A stretch of DNA of 64,000 nucleotides from Cyanobacteria bacterium J06626_4 (GCA_038523235.1 JBCBJQ010000007.1:58192-122191), one strand, 5' to 3'. Positions 29,800 through 40,636 are shown, counted from the stretch's first letter. The notes: generated from the letters alone by a model not told the origin. Made by a program: numbers and translations.

Positions 29800-31296
29800 A
29801 TGGACGGGCAAAAACAATCGCCGAGCGTGGTCATCGTAGGGGCGGGCTGGGCCGGGTTAGGGGCCGCCTATCACCTGGCCCAGCAGGGCTATGATGTGAC
29901 ACTGCTAGAAGCCGGTAGCTATCCGGGCGGATTGGTGGCGGGTTGGCAGACCGAGCAAGGGCGCTCGGTCGAAGCGGGCATTCACGGCTTTTGGTACCCC
30001 TACCGCAATATCTTTGGGCTGACCGATGCCTTGGGGCTGCAGCCATTTACCCCCTACACCTGCTCAAATCAATATTCCCCCCACGGGCTGGAGGTCGAGT
30101 CGCCGCTGTTTCAAATGCAGCCGTATTTGCCCAGTCCATTGGGCACCTTTTTGTATACGGAGTTCAAGCGATTGCCGCTGAGCGATCGCCTATCGGCCCT
30201 GCCCCTGCTGTACTCCTTGGTGGATTTTGATAATTCGGATGAGGCCTGGCGACGGTATGATCGCCTATCGGCTCGCGAACTCTTTCGCCAATTTGGCGTG
30301 TCGGAACGGCTCTATAAAGAAGCCTTTGAACCGATGCTGCTAGTGGGGCTGTTTGCACCGGGGGAGCAATGTTCGGCGGCAGCCACCCTGGGCATGCTGT
30401 ATTACTTTATTTTGGCCCATCAGCCCGATTTCGATGTGCGCTGGTGTCGGGGCACCGTTGGGACACAAATCTTTCGCCCGTGGACGCAAGCGATCGAGCA
30501 GGCAGGAGGTCGCATTTTGGCCAATCATCGCGTCACCGACGTGGTGGAAGGAGAAGGAAACCGTCTCACCGCCGTCGTCTGTGGCGACGAAGTGTTCGAA
30601 GCTGACGCGGTAATTTTTGCCGTCGGCATTACGGGCCTCAAGAAAATTGTGGCGAGCAGTCCCGCACTGCGTCAGCGGCCAGAGTTTCGTGATGTGCAAA
30701 ACCTGGGTGCCGTGGATGTGCTGGCAACTCGCCTGTGGTTTGACCGCAAGATTGATGTGCCGCTACCTTCCAATGCCTGCTTTGGTTTTCATCAGACCAC
30801 CGGCTGGACGTTTTTTGATCTCAACGCACTGCACGATGAATACCGCGACGAGCCAGGCTCCGTCATTGAGGTGGACTATTACCACGCCAATCAGTTTCTG
30901 CCCTTGAGCGACGCCGAGATTTTGCCCCTGGTGCAGGCTAATCTGGCGGGCTGCTTACCAGCGTTTGGCGCAGCGCGCATTGTCGATCACAGCGTGATTC
31001 GTCTACCGCAGGCCGTCAGCCACTTCGCCCCTGGTAGCTATCGCTATCTGCTGCCGGGCCAGACCAGCTTCAGCAACGTCTTTATGAGCGGCGACTGGAT
31101 TGTGACGGATCACGGCTCTTGGTCGCAGGAGAAAGCCTACGTAACGGGCTTAGAAGCGGCTAATGCGGCGATCGCTCGGTGTGGGGTCGGTGAAGCCGCC
31201 ACCATCATCCCCATCGTGCCCGATGAGCCCCACATACAAATTGCGCGGCAGTTTAACCGACTGGGGCGATCGCTTTTGGGGGCACTCGCTAACTAG
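29800..31296 (+). CDS. FAD-dependent oxidoreductase (amine oxidase/carotenoid desaturase-like fold)
   Basis: VVIVGAGWAGL, GGLV, EAGIHGFW, GDW and SQEKAYVTG. Confidence 0.85.
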   Translation: MDGQKQSPSVVIVGAGWAGLGAAYHLAQQGYDVTLLEAGSYPGGLVAGWQTEQGRSVEAGIHGFWYPYRNIFGLTDALGLQPFTPYTCSNQYSPHGLEVESPLFQMQPYLPSPLGTFLYTEFKRLPLSDRLSALPLLYSLVDFDNSDEAWRRYDRLSARELFRQFGVSERLYKEAFEPMLLVGLFAPGEQCSAAATLGMLYYFILAHQPDFDVRWCRGTVGTQIFRPWTQAIEQAGGRILANHRVTDVVEGEGNRLTAVVCGDEVFEADAVIFAVGITGLKKIVASSPALRQRPEFRDVQNLGAVDVLATRLWFDRKIDVPLPSNACFGFHQTTGWTFFDLNALHDEYRDEPGSVIEVDYYHANQFLPLSDAEILPLVQANLAGCLPAFGAARIVDHSVIRLPQAVSHFAPGSYRYLLPGQTSFSNVFMSGDWIVTDHGSWSQEKAYVTGLEAANAAIARCGVGEAATIIPIVPDEPHIQIARQFNRLGRSLLGALAN

Positions 31297-31370
31297 CGGC
31301 CACCGTTCTCTGGTTAATGATTGAAGATCAAACTTTGCTGACGGAACAGAAAGTCAGCAAAGTCGCGGGT

Positions 31371-31462
31371 ATAGCGACCCGCAGTCAGGTTTGGACCCTT
31401 TGAATCGCCAGAGCGCTGGCGGCAAGACCCTTCCCTGCACCTTGAACCCTTCTACCCTCTGC
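31371..31462. repeat. ~95-bp dispersed repeat, copy 1
   Basis: ATAGCGAcCCGCAGTCAGGTTTGGAC...CGCTGGCGGCAAG...TTCTACCCTCTGC; second copy at 53739-53836. Confidence 0.8.
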
Positions 31463-31514
31463 AACTTGCAATCCACCCACCCCTCGGCCCCTCCCAGGAG
31501 GGGAAATATCCGGC

Positions 31515-32675
31515 TTAGTTAGGCGGCCCCGAGGGATTAGAAAACGTGTTGATATAGCCACCGCCAATGTAGGACCCCGGTGGTCGCTGTACAGCAAACG
31601 GGGACGGGTTGACCCCTGGAGTGATCGGCGTAGCGCTGGGAACGACCGGCGTGTAGGGCGTATAGCCGTTGCTGACATCCACCTGCGGCGTGTTGAGGTT
31701 GGGCACAGCAGTGCCGGCTGGCAGCCCCGTGCCGCCCCCCACAGTTGATAGCGGCGCTACCGGTGGCAGACCCGCACCGGCACTATTGCTGCCTGGCAAG
31801 GGCGGCATCAGATCGAGCGAAGCCGGGGCGGTATAGCCCGTCGTGCCAGGTGGCGGTGACATTTGTGGCAACGTTGGTAAAACCGGAAATGCCACACCGG
31901 GAATCGTCACAGCCTGAGAGCCAAACTCTCCTGTAGGCAAAGAAGACTCGATCGCTGTTTCAGTGCCAGTAGCGTTGTCAGTCGCGTCAGTGGCGCTAGT
32001 CGCTGCCGAAGCATTCTGTGACTGTAAAGCAGCTTCTAAAACTGTCTGATTGCTGGGCTGCATGCCTGGAGCCAGGGCATTTTGACCCTGCAGCACTAAC
32101 GTCAAGGGGTTAACGCGGACTGTAGTCGGACTGAGTGACCCTGACTGCCCAGTCGCCGCCGTGCTGTTAGTAAAGCTATTTGAAGAGGCCGCCGGCGAGA
32201 GATTCGTGGGGCGCTGTCGCCCAAACTGGTATTGCTCTAGATACTGGTTGAAGATGCTGGTACTGGGGTTGGCCGTACTGGTCGTGCCGGGTTGCGACAG
32301 CGACAGCAGATCGCTGGCGATCGCGTTCTCGTCTTCATCTTGTCCGATCGCGATTGATTGCAGGGTCGGTACGCCCCCTGACTCAACGCCCAATTCGTTC
32401 ATCAGCACTGACAGATTATCAATGTCAGCGACGGCGGCCTGCTCAGCAGGGGTCAACGTCGAGCGATCAAGCGTCCCCTCAGGCGAAGCCCCATTGTCTT
32501 GAGCAAATGAGCCAAACCATTCCGGGTTGCGGCTGTATTCCCACAGGAAAATGCTGAGCAGCAATACCCCTAGCGTCGAGGCCAACGGCACGGGCCGACT
32601 CAAAAAGGTGAGCCGATTCAGGCTAGAGCGAAGCCAAGGAAACTGGGCCATGTTATTGCAGGGGATAAACCACAA
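31515..32675 (-). CDS. Hypothetical membrane-anchored, low-complexity (S/T/P/A-rich) protein
   Basis: One N-terminal TM helix followed by WEY...PEW, ADIDNLSVL and a C-terminal PGSYIGGGYINTFSNP. Start uncertain. Confidence 0.7.
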   Translation of the reverse strand: MWFIPCNNMAQFPWLRSSLNRLTFLSRPVPLASTLGVLLLSIFLWEYSRNPEWFGSFAQDNGASPEGTLDRSTLTPAEQAAVADIDNLSVLMNELGVESGGVPTLQSIAIGQDEDENAIASDLLSLSQPGTTSTANPSTSIFNQYLEQYQFGRQRPTNLSPAASSNSFTNSTAATGQSGSLSPTTVRVNPLTLVLQGQNALAPGMQPSNQTVLEAALQSQNASAATSATDATDNATGTETAIESSLPTGEFGSQAVTIPGVAFPVLPTLPQMSPPPGTTGYTAPASLDLMPPLPGSNSAGAGLPPVAPLSTVGGGTGLPAGTAVPNLNTPQVDVSNGYTPYTPVVPSATPITPGVNPSPFAVQRPPGSYIGGGYINTFSNPSGPPN

Positions 32676-33085
32676 CAGTTTTCAATTTCTATGGTAGCCG
32701 CTGCCAAAAGTTTATAGGGAAACTGCTGCTGAGTGGCAAGCTGACCAGCACCGTCTACTCCTAATTACAGGCGCAAAAACTATTTTCAGAAGATTAAGGC
32801 CAGATCGAGCAATACTTAACCTCTTGATCTTTTGCCCTTAAGCATGACAACAGATCATACGGCTTGACAAAGGCTGTTATGGCGGTGTCGTCGCGCGCTC
32901 AAAGTCGGCTGACCGCCACATCGGACCAGCTCGTTCTCCCTTGGCATGATGGCAGAGCTAGTGGGGGAGCACGCGATGGCAACTAGGCACCGGCCTGAGT
33001 GGGCTACTGACACTGCAGCCTGAGCCCGGTCGGTAGCCCAGCCCAGAGATGCAGGATGAGGCGGAACCAACTTGAACAGCGACCT

Positions 33086-33844
33086 ATGGTGCAAAACAAA
33101 GAAAGTCATTATCAATCAGGGATCACGCTGCAACAAGACCGCATCTTGATTGTTGACGATGAAGCGCTCATTCGTGAGACTGTGAGCCTGGCACTGCAAG
33201 AAGAAGGCTATCGAGTCGATGTGGCCGAAACGGGCTCCTTAGCGCTAGAGCTGTTGGGCAATCCCGTTTGGAGCCGTTCTGCCGAGTTGCCGCCGTTTGA
33301 TTTGGCCATTCTAGATCTGATGTTGCCAGGGGTGGGGGGGCTCGATCTCTGTCGTTTGATTCGCCACCGCAATTGGGATATCCCCGTATTGATTTTGAGT
33401 GCTAAGGGCAGCGAGACCGATCGCGTCGTGGGCTTAGAAGTAGGCGCCGACGACTATTTGGCCAAGCCCTTTGGCATGCGAGAACTGATTGCGCGCTGCC
33501 GGGCACTATTGCGGCGTTATCGACGCGCCCAAGCACCCCCCGACGCCTCGGTGCTGATCTACCGTGATATTGCCCTGTATTTGAATGAACTGCGGGTCAC
33601 GGTAGACGACCGCGAGGTGGCCTTGGCACCCAAGGAGTTTCGCATTCTCGAACTCTTTATGAATCATCCCAATCGGGTGTGGAAGCGGGAGGAACTGATT
33701 GACCAGGTTTGGGGGCCAGACTTTATGGGCGATCGCAAAACCGTTGATGTTCACATTCGCTGGCTGCGTGAAAAAGTTGAGGTCGACCCCAGCAATCCGC
33801 AATACATTGTCACCCTGCGCGGCTTTGGCTATCGCTTTGGCTAG
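33086..33844 (+). CDS. OmpR/PhoB-family response regulator, SphR-like
   Basis: ILDLMLP, SAKGSETDRVVGLEVGADDY, ELIARCRALLRR and KTVDVHIRWLREK. Start uncertain. Confidence 0.85.
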   Translation: MVQNKESHYQSGITLQQDRILIVDDEALIRETVSLALQEEGYRVDVAETGSLALELLGNPVWSRSAELPPFDLAILDLMLPGVGGLDLCRLIRHRNWDIPVLILSAKGSETDRVVGLEVGADDYLAKPFGMRELIARCRALLRRYRRAQAPPDASVLIYRDIALYLNELRVTVDDREVALAPKEFRILELFMNHPNRVWKREELIDQVWGPDFMGDRKTVDVHIRWLREKVEVDPSNPQYIVTLRGFGYRFG

Positions 33845-34051
33845 GATCGCTGAATCGCCTCAACCTTTGCAATTGCTTAAGTTTGAAAAAGTCGTGACCT
33901 ATTCTTCCCAGACCGCCGCTACGCTTAAATTTATTTAGACTCGTACCAGTTCTACAAATTACAGCTACACATACAAATCAGCTTCGACTCCGCTCAGCCG
34001 ACGTTCCTTGAGCGGAGTCGAAAGGAAGATCTGTAGTCCAGTTTCAGAGAA

Positions 34052-35779
34052 TTGGTATTACACCCAAAGGACAGGCTGGTGAGCAATCGAACATCGTGGC
34101 AGCGGCGGCTCTGGGTCAGGGTTATGCCGATCGCCTTAGGCCTGATGCTGACCGTTTTGCCAATGCTGGCGACGAGTTGGGCCCAAACAAACACCGGCAA
34201 TGCCCCGCCCCCAGCGGCCCCAGTGATATTAGATGGCCGCGAACTCTTCAAAGTTCAGGTATCGATCGGGGGGTATCCCCCCAGAACCCGAGCCCTGGCA
34301 ACGGCCCGCCGCATTCGCGCGATCGCTCAAGATCCGAATGTTGACCCGGCCCAACTATCGGTGGTGCATGATGACCTCGCGGAAACGAGTAATGTCACCT
34401 ACGACGGTGACGTGCTGGTATACATTACCGATGCTGATGCCGAAGCGGCTAGCGGCAATCGTCGCGCCTTGGCCTATCGATTACAGCAGATTATTGAAGA
34501 TGCGATCGTCACCTATCGAGCCGCTCGCCAGCCCGATCAAGTCTTGCGAGGCACCCTCTACGCGCTACTGGTGTTGCTGGGCACGGTGCTGTTCCTCTGG
34601 TTCATCGTGAAGATCAGTGGTTGGGTGCACCGAGCGCTCCAACGCTGGAAAGGTCGCTATATCTCTGGCGTGTACTTTCTGGGCAATGAATTTTTGTCGG
34701 CAGAGCGGGTCACGGATGCGATTTGGGAGAGCTTTAAGCTGATTCGGCTGGGGCTGCTGCTCATCGTCCTCTATGTTTCGTGGTCGCAAATGCTGCGGTC
34801 TTTTCCGTGGACTCGGCCAGCGGGCGAACGGCTGTTTGACTACATCGAACGAGCCGCCCTCACGCTGGGAAACCACTTTGTCGAATACCTGCCCAACCTA
34901 TTTTTTATTGCCTTAATTGCGATCGCCACGCACTACCTGCTGCGCATTATTCGCTTTTTGTTTACCGAAATTGCGCGTGATCGGGTCAATGTGCCGGGCT
35001 TTTTTCCGCAATGGGCTAACCCGACTTACAACATTGTGCGCGTGCTGGTGGTGTTGTTTGCGATCACCATGGCTTTTCCCTACCTACCAGGGTCGGAATC
35101 ACCGGCGTTTCAAGGACTGTCGATTTTTGTCGGAGCGTTGTTTACGTTGGGGTCGAGTGGGGCGATCGCCAACTTGGTCGCGGGCATTGTGCTGATTTAT
35201 AGCCGGGCCTATGAGCAGGGCGATCGCGTCAAAATCAGTGACGCGATCGGCGATGTGATTGATAAGTCACTGATGGTGACCCGCCTGCGCACCCCCAAAA
35301 ACGTCATCATCACCATTCCTAACTTTATGGTGCTGAGCAGCCACATCGTGAACTACAGCGCCAGCATTGCCGAGACCCAAGAGTCGCTGATTGTGCACAC
35401 CACCATCACCCTGGGCTATGACGTGCCGTGGCGCCAGGTGCACGAAGTGCTGATCAAAGCAGCCAGCGAGACCGATAAAATTTTGCCAACGCCCCCGCCC
35501 TTTGTTTTGCAAACCAGTCTGGATGATTTTTACGTCAGCTACGAACTCAATGCCTACACTGACCACCCCAAATCGATGTCCAAGATTTTTTCGGAGCTGC
35601 ACCAAAATTTGCAGGATGCCTGCAATGAAAACAACATCGAAATTTTGTCGCCCCATTACGGGGCGATGCGCGATGGGAATGAATTGGCGGTGCCGGAAAA
35701 GTATTGGCCTCCGGGGTATGAGCCCACGCGATTTCGCTTAGACACCAAGGGCGATCGCTCAAATGCAACTCAGTCCTAG
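34052..35779 (+). CDS. MscS-family mechanosensitive channel
   Basis: PYLPGSESPAFQGLSIFVG, TTITLGYDVPWRQVH and IEILSPHY. Start uncertain. Confidence 0.92.
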   Translation: MVLHPKDRLVSNRTSWQRRLWVRVMPIALGLMLTVLPMLATSWAQTNTGNAPPPAAPVILDGRELFKVQVSIGGYPPRTRALATARRIRAIAQDPNVDPAQLSVVHDDLAETSNVTYDGDVLVYITDADAEAASGNRRALAYRLQQIIEDAIVTYRAARQPDQVLRGTLYALLVLLGTVLFLWFIVKISGWVHRALQRWKGRYISGVYFLGNEFLSAERVTDAIWESFKLIRLGLLLIVLYVSWSQMLRSFPWTRPAGERLFDYIERAALTLGNHFVEYLPNLFFIALIAIATHYLLRIIRFLFTEIARDRVNVPGFFPQWANPTYNIVRVLVVLFAITMAFPYLPGSESPAFQGLSIFVGALFTLGSSGAIANLVAGIVLIYSRAYEQGDRVKISDAIGDVIDKSLMVTRLRTPKNVIITIPNFMVLSSHIVNYSASIAETQESLIVHTTITLGYDVPWRQVHEVLIKAASETDKILPTPPPFVLQTSLDDFYVSYELNAYTDHPKSMSKIFSELHQNLQDACNENNIEILSPHYGAMRDGNELAVPEKYWPPGYEPTRFRLDTKGDRSNATQS

Positions 35780-35830
35780 TTCTGCCGCCACCGAGGCTGA
35801 CTGAGAAGAGTCTCAGGCAAAGATGCCGAC

Positions 35831-37600
35831 TCAATCATTGGGGCTATGGCGAGAAAAGGTGTAAATGCGCTGGGTTTGCAGGTTCTCTTTCAGGTCTGAA
35901 GGGTAGACGGTGGGTTCACTCGTGCCGATCGAGAAGGTCTGTCGCCTGAGTCCCACCTGCAAATGAGCAAAGGGATCTTGACCGTCTGAGATTAGCAGCT
36001 CTAGGGTTTGCAAATTGGGCCACTGTACTAATCCATCTAGCACTTTAGCCAGGGCGGGCCAGTAAGCGTTGTCAGGCTGGTCGTACCAGGTTGAGGTCAC
36101 CGCTTGGGCCTGCTCTAAGCCGAGATTGATAATGAGCTTACCTTGGCCAAACAGGGCCACCGCAACCGGTCTCACTTCTTCCTGGGCGGCGAGCCCGGCT
36201 TGCCGGGCCAGTTCTCGCACCTGCTCCAACTGCTCATATTTGGCGGGCAGGGTCGAGAGATCGGCCTGAGTTTGTAGCGCCACAGTCACTAGATAGGTGG
36301 GCAGTAGCAGATGCCCGAGCTTTTTCGCTTTGGTTTCCAAATAGTAGGAATTGTAGGGGGTGGATTCAATGATTAGGGGCACGCGATCGATCATTTCCAG
36401 CCCATAGCCCTTCAGCCCCGCAATTTTGCGTGGATTGTTGGTAATCAGACAAAACTGACGCACGCCAATGTCGTTCAAGATTTGCGCCCCGACCCCATAA
36501 TTGCGCTGATCGACCGGCAACCCGAGCTTTTCGTTCGCCTCGACCGTGTCTAGCCCCATATCCTGCAGCGAATAAGCCTTGAGCTTGTTCACCAAACCAA
36601 TACCCCGGCCTTCTTGCCGCAGATACACCACCACCCCACGACCAGCGGTCTCAATCATTTTCAGGGCGGCCTGCAGCTGCATGCGGCAGTCGCAGCGGAG
36701 CGAGCCAAACGAGTCGCCCGTCAGGCATTCCGAATGAACCCGCACCATCACGCGCTCGTCTTTAAAGCTGGCGGGGTCACCTCTGACCAGCGCGACATGC
36801 TCAGAATTATCGATGGAGTTGCGGTAGGCATAGATGTTGAAATGGCCAAACTGAGTCGGGAGGTTGGCGATCGCCTCGCGTTTCACAAACCGCTCATGCT
36901 CTAGCCGATAGCTAATCAGGTCGGCAATGCTAATCAGCTTTAGATGATGGGTTTTAGCATAGGCCACCAACTCGGGCAGGCGGGCCATCGACCCATCGGG
37001 GTTTTGAATTTCGCAGATCACCCCCGCCGGATACAGACCGGCCAGCCGGGAGAGATCGACGCCAGCTTCGGTATGACCGGCACGTTTGAGCACGCCCCCC
37101 TCTTTAGCCCGCAGCGGAAAGATGTGGCCGGGTCGTCGCAAATCGCCGGGCCGCGCCTCATGATTCAGCGTGACTTGAATGGTGCGGGCTCGATCCTCGG
37201 CTGAGATACCCGTCGTGACGCCCCACTGGGTAGCAGCATCAATGCTGACGGTGAACGCCGTCTGCTCGTTCTCATCTTCGAAACTGTGCGGGTTCACCAT
37301 CAGCGGCAGGTCCAGCTCGTCGAGCCGCTGCCCGGTCATCGCCAGACAGATCAACCCCCGCGCTTCGACCGCCATAAAGTTGATCATGTCAGGCGTCGCA
37401 AACTGGGCTGCACAGATGACGTCGCCTTCGTTTTCGCGATTTTCGTCATCGACAACCACAATCGCCCGACCGGCGGCGAGATCTTGCAGCGCCTCGTCAA
37501 TACTGTCAAAAATGCTGTCAAAAGCCGATTCAAGCTTTGGCAAGGCATTGGGCTCAGGATAAGAGACCCCCGTAGGCGTCACGTCCTCAATATCAGCCAC
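35831..37600 (-). CDS. ribBA: Bifunctional DHBP synthase / GTP cyclohydrolase II with C-terminal extension
   Basis: VVDDENRENEGD, RAGHTEA, VRVHSECLTGD...RCDC and LRQEGRGIGL. Confidence 0.96.
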   Translation of the reverse strand: MADIEDVTPTGVSYPEPNALPKLESAFDSIFDSIDEALQDLAAGRAIVVVDDENRENEGDVICAAQFATPDMINFMAVEARGLICLAMTGQRLDELDLPLMVNPHSFEDENEQTAFTVSIDAATQWGVTTGISAEDRARTIQVTLNHEARPGDLRRPGHIFPLRAKEGGVLKRAGHTEAGVDLSRLAGLYPAGVICEIQNPDGSMARLPELVAYAKTHHLKLISIADLISYRLEHERFVKREAIANLPTQFGHFNIYAYRNSIDNSEHVALVRGDPASFKDERVMVRVHSECLTGDSFGSLRCDCRMQLQAALKMIETAGRGVVVYLRQEGRGIGLVNKLKAYSLQDMGLDTVEANEKLGLPVDQRNYGVGAQILNDIGVRQFCLITNNPRKIAGLKGYGLEMIDRVPLIIESTPYNSYYLETKAKKLGHLLLPTYLVTVALQTQADLSTLPAKYEQLEQVRELARQAGLAAQEEVRPVAVALFGQGKLIINLGLEQAQAVTSTWYDQPDNAYWPALAKVLDGLVQWPNLQTLELLISDGQDPFAHLQVGLRRQTFSIGTSEPTVYPSDLKENLQTQRIYTFSRHSPND

Positions 37601-37846
37601 GTTTGGTTATTTCACTCATTCAGCTTCATGACTGATTCTAATGTGCTGACCCGACGCTCTGGGGCAGAAGTCAGGGAGATCGGCGTTCAATTCCCGCCAA
37701 GCCTTGAGCCTAATCAACTTAAATGGACTGATCAGGCTCAAGGCCTATGCCCCGGCCGGCATGAGCGCGATCACGCTGGCCAGCCCGCTGATGACACTGT
37801 GATTCTCTGTTGTCTGTCTGGCCCACAGGCTGTGCTCTAGTCCCTT

Positions 37847-37902
37847 AGCTAAAAAGTCAGCGTTCCTGGCAACTCGGCTCAAGGAACGCTGACTTTTTAG
37901 CT
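37847..37902. terminator. Terminator hairpin downstream of cpcL
   Basis: 21-bp perfect arms AGCTAAAAAGTCAGCGTTCCT / AGGAACGCTGACTTTTTAGCT. Confidence 0.8.
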
Positions 37903-37946
37903 TGAGAACATCAACTCAGAGGCACGAAAGCTCGTGAGCAGAGCCC

Positions 37947-38702
37947 TTAGAAGCGCAGGATCGATGCCAGCAGCAACACCACAATAAAGGCAGCGCCACT
38001 GTAGAATAGCCCGACCCAAGCCTTTTCGAGAGCCTGAGGCGGCTGCTTTTGCCAAGCCCAGCGCACTGGGGACATGGCAGGGCCGGTAAAGCCACGCCCA
38101 CTGCCTTGCAATGCCTCTAAACAAGGCTCAGGCAGGCTATCGCGATAATCGGTGCCATAGCGAGCCATATGAGCAAAGGAGATTTCCCCTTGGGCTCGCT
38201 GAGGCAAAATGCGCCGCTGCTGATAAGGCACCGTTGTTTCGCCGAAGGTGTTCAGGTATTCTTCGCTATCGAGCAAGGCATCAATAAACGCATTCAATCC
38301 TTCGTTACCGAGAACGATAGACCAAGCGATCTTTTCGCGATCGCTGTACACCTGACGGCCCAAAATTCGCTGCACACAAATTTCTGCAAAGCGATAATTG
38401 TTGTTGCTTTCATAAACCAAACGACGGAAAGAATCGGAAAGCGCCAACGCCCGAATAAATTCTCTAACCGTAATTTGTCCGGCTTTTAACTGAGATTCCC
38501 AAAAGGTTTGACGATGACTCTTGAGCATCTGCTGTTCATTAAAAATCTGACGGTAAGCCGCTGCAATCAGCCCATCCAGATCCGATGGCGACAGGAGGTT
38601 ATCAGTCGTAAAAATTCTCGGCTGCTCATCACCCGGCACCTCAAAGCCAGCGACTCGTTGATTTTGCGATGAAGGCGCATACTCCAACAATGAAATCGTC
38701 AT
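37947..38702 (-). CDS. cpcL: Phycobilisome rod-membrane linker CpcL (CpcG family with C-terminal TM helix)
   Basis: MTISLLEYAPSSQNQRV, AAYRQIF, NNNYRF...QRILGR and a hydrophobic C-terminus WVGLFYSGAAFIVVLLLASIL. AGGAG RBS before ATG 38702. Confidence 0.88.
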   Translation of the reverse strand: MTISLLEYAPSSQNQRVAGFEVPGDEQPRIFTTDNLLSPSDLDGLIAAAYRQIFNEQQMLKSHRQTFWESQLKAGQITVREFIRALALSDSFRRLVYESNNNYRFAEICVQRILGRQVYSDREKIAWSIVLGNEGLNAFIDALLDSEEYLNTFGETTVPYQQRRILPQRAQGEISFAHMARYGTDYRDSLPEPCLEALQGSGRGFTGPAMSPVRWAWQKQPPQALEKAWVGLFYSGAAFIVVLLLASILRF

Positions 38703-40636
38703 AATAAATCTCCTAAATTGATGATTGAAACAGGGGTATCGAGAAACTGAAAATCGGTTGCGACACGGGGACGACCAGAGCAACCCACATCCTTGACCAG
38801 GGTTGAGATAGCCTTAGTCGCTGAACCAACAACTCCGCCACTGACGGAGGCGCTATGCGCCGAACCTCAACAACCGGTGCCGGCAGTGCGGCAATTGGCG
38901 CGTCAGGCAAGTCGTCCCTTGGCTGTCGTGGAGATTGAGGTCTCGCGGTAGCCAAGGGATGGAAGCCGGCTAGCTGTTATTGTCAGTAGGCAATTTCCTG
39001 GACAGGTTGTTGCCGCTGCTGTTCTACAGCAGGTTCAGCGAGCGAACAGCCTGCATCCCAGCAGACGACGGCAGTTCAACGCGATCGCGAGGGCAACTGG
39101 TCAAGCAGCAAGACTGATAAAGGTCTGAACTTGAAACCGTCGGCACAAATTTGCGAAGGCTTAACTCGCCCCACTGCAATTGAGTCTCAGGAACAGTCAA
39201 ATGCTCACTTGCCATCCCGTCGGCAGGGTCTAAGACTTGACGCTAAAAGCCCGAATCAAAATTCGGCCGCTTCATCAGCACCAGCCCCCCACCACAGAGG
39301 CAGGAAGAGTCTCATCAAAGAGCCTGACTCCCAGCCTTGATATAGATCCAAAAGGCATTCAAATACTCCTGACTAATGGCCGAGATTAAGCACACACCGC
39401 AAAAGCCTAGATACTGCGAGTAGTTGCCCAGTGCCCCAACAGGCACAAAGGCCACAAAAACGACTCGACTATCACCAAAAGCTTAAACTGGCCCAGCTCT
39501 TACGAAAGGTTTATACGGTTTGTTATGAACGATTCTCTAATAGCAGTGACGTTCGCATTAAGCAAGATTCACTAATGTTTACGTTAAGTCTTGATTTGGG
39601 TGACTCGATAGGCCTTTAGCACGATGATTTCCTGGCTTTAAATTCGTCGAAGCGCATCCAGGGCAGGGGAAACAGGAGCCTCCTCAAGTCGCGAACTGAC
39701 AATAATATTTATTCACTAAACTTTATTAAGCCGTGAGGATTATTGTCGACTGTGGGTGACGCTGCCCTTCGGGTCACCAAAATGCCAGGGTGAGGAGCGG
39801 CTCCTCAGGTTGTGGAGGGCATCAGCAATCAGATATCCCCAGCCATTTGGACAATGCCGAACAGCCCAGGGGCTGAGGAGTCAGATTGATAATCTCGTTC
39901 CAGGGCATCAGACCTGTTTTCGAGAATCGGCGTCACCCGTTGATGAATAGTGTGCTCTAAGAGAGTTCCAACCAAACTGACTCTGACCGCTCTGAACGAC
40001 ATCTAGGCATTCTTGGCAATTGCTTGAGCCCTCAGACCGCCCGCAACCAGAGCTGTCTCATTAATCGGGTGTATCTCCACTGTGATGGATGGCAGGGCTC
40101 TCTGCCGCCAGGGCAGGCGGTTTGACGATCGCCGTTGATCCTTGCCGCACCGTGATCAAGCTCAAGCCCACCTAATTAGCGTGTTTTGAGGACGGTATCT
40201 CCGTCCCCGTCAGGTTCCACCGCGCAATTTAAATGATTAATAGCTTCATCACCTCCTGCTAGCGTCGAGATCGCTCCAGGTGAAGGGCGCTGACTTCACA
40301 AAAGTTCATGGATTCAGGCCCCCACCTGCGATAACCATGGGAATAGATAAGAAAACTTTTTGGAAGTCAATCTTTATTCACTAAAGCAACGATCAACTTA
40401 AGAAACCTGACTCAAGTCCATCTTGAGCAGGCCTGTTGAGCGTTAGTGAAGTCTAAAGTGATGAGCCTTTTAAGTTCGCTCAGATTAAAAACTGACGTTT
40501 TGTTTCTTCCTCTGCTTAGCCTCAAGCTTGATCGAGGTGCCATTAGCGGTGAGGGAAGGCGGGATATCAAAACTCCCGGTCTGAATCTGGACGAGGTTTA
40601 CGCGCCAAAGAGATCGCCCGCCCTGCACTAACAACC

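Noticed and set aside
37660..37705. tRNA/tmRNA-like T-loop (GGCGTTCAATTCCCGCC)
   Set aside because: No cloverleaf, acceptor stem or CCA end.
37600..37850. FMN riboswitch upstream of ribBA
   Set aside because: None of the conserved RFN segments are visible on the minus strand.
38703..39600. CcaR G-box upstream of cpcL
   Set aside because: No CTTTnCnATTT-type direct repeat found by eye, and no ccaSR nearby.
39959..40077. MITE remnant (TAAGAGAGTTCCAACC...)
   Set aside because: The putative ends share only about 4 bp and there is no second copy in the window.
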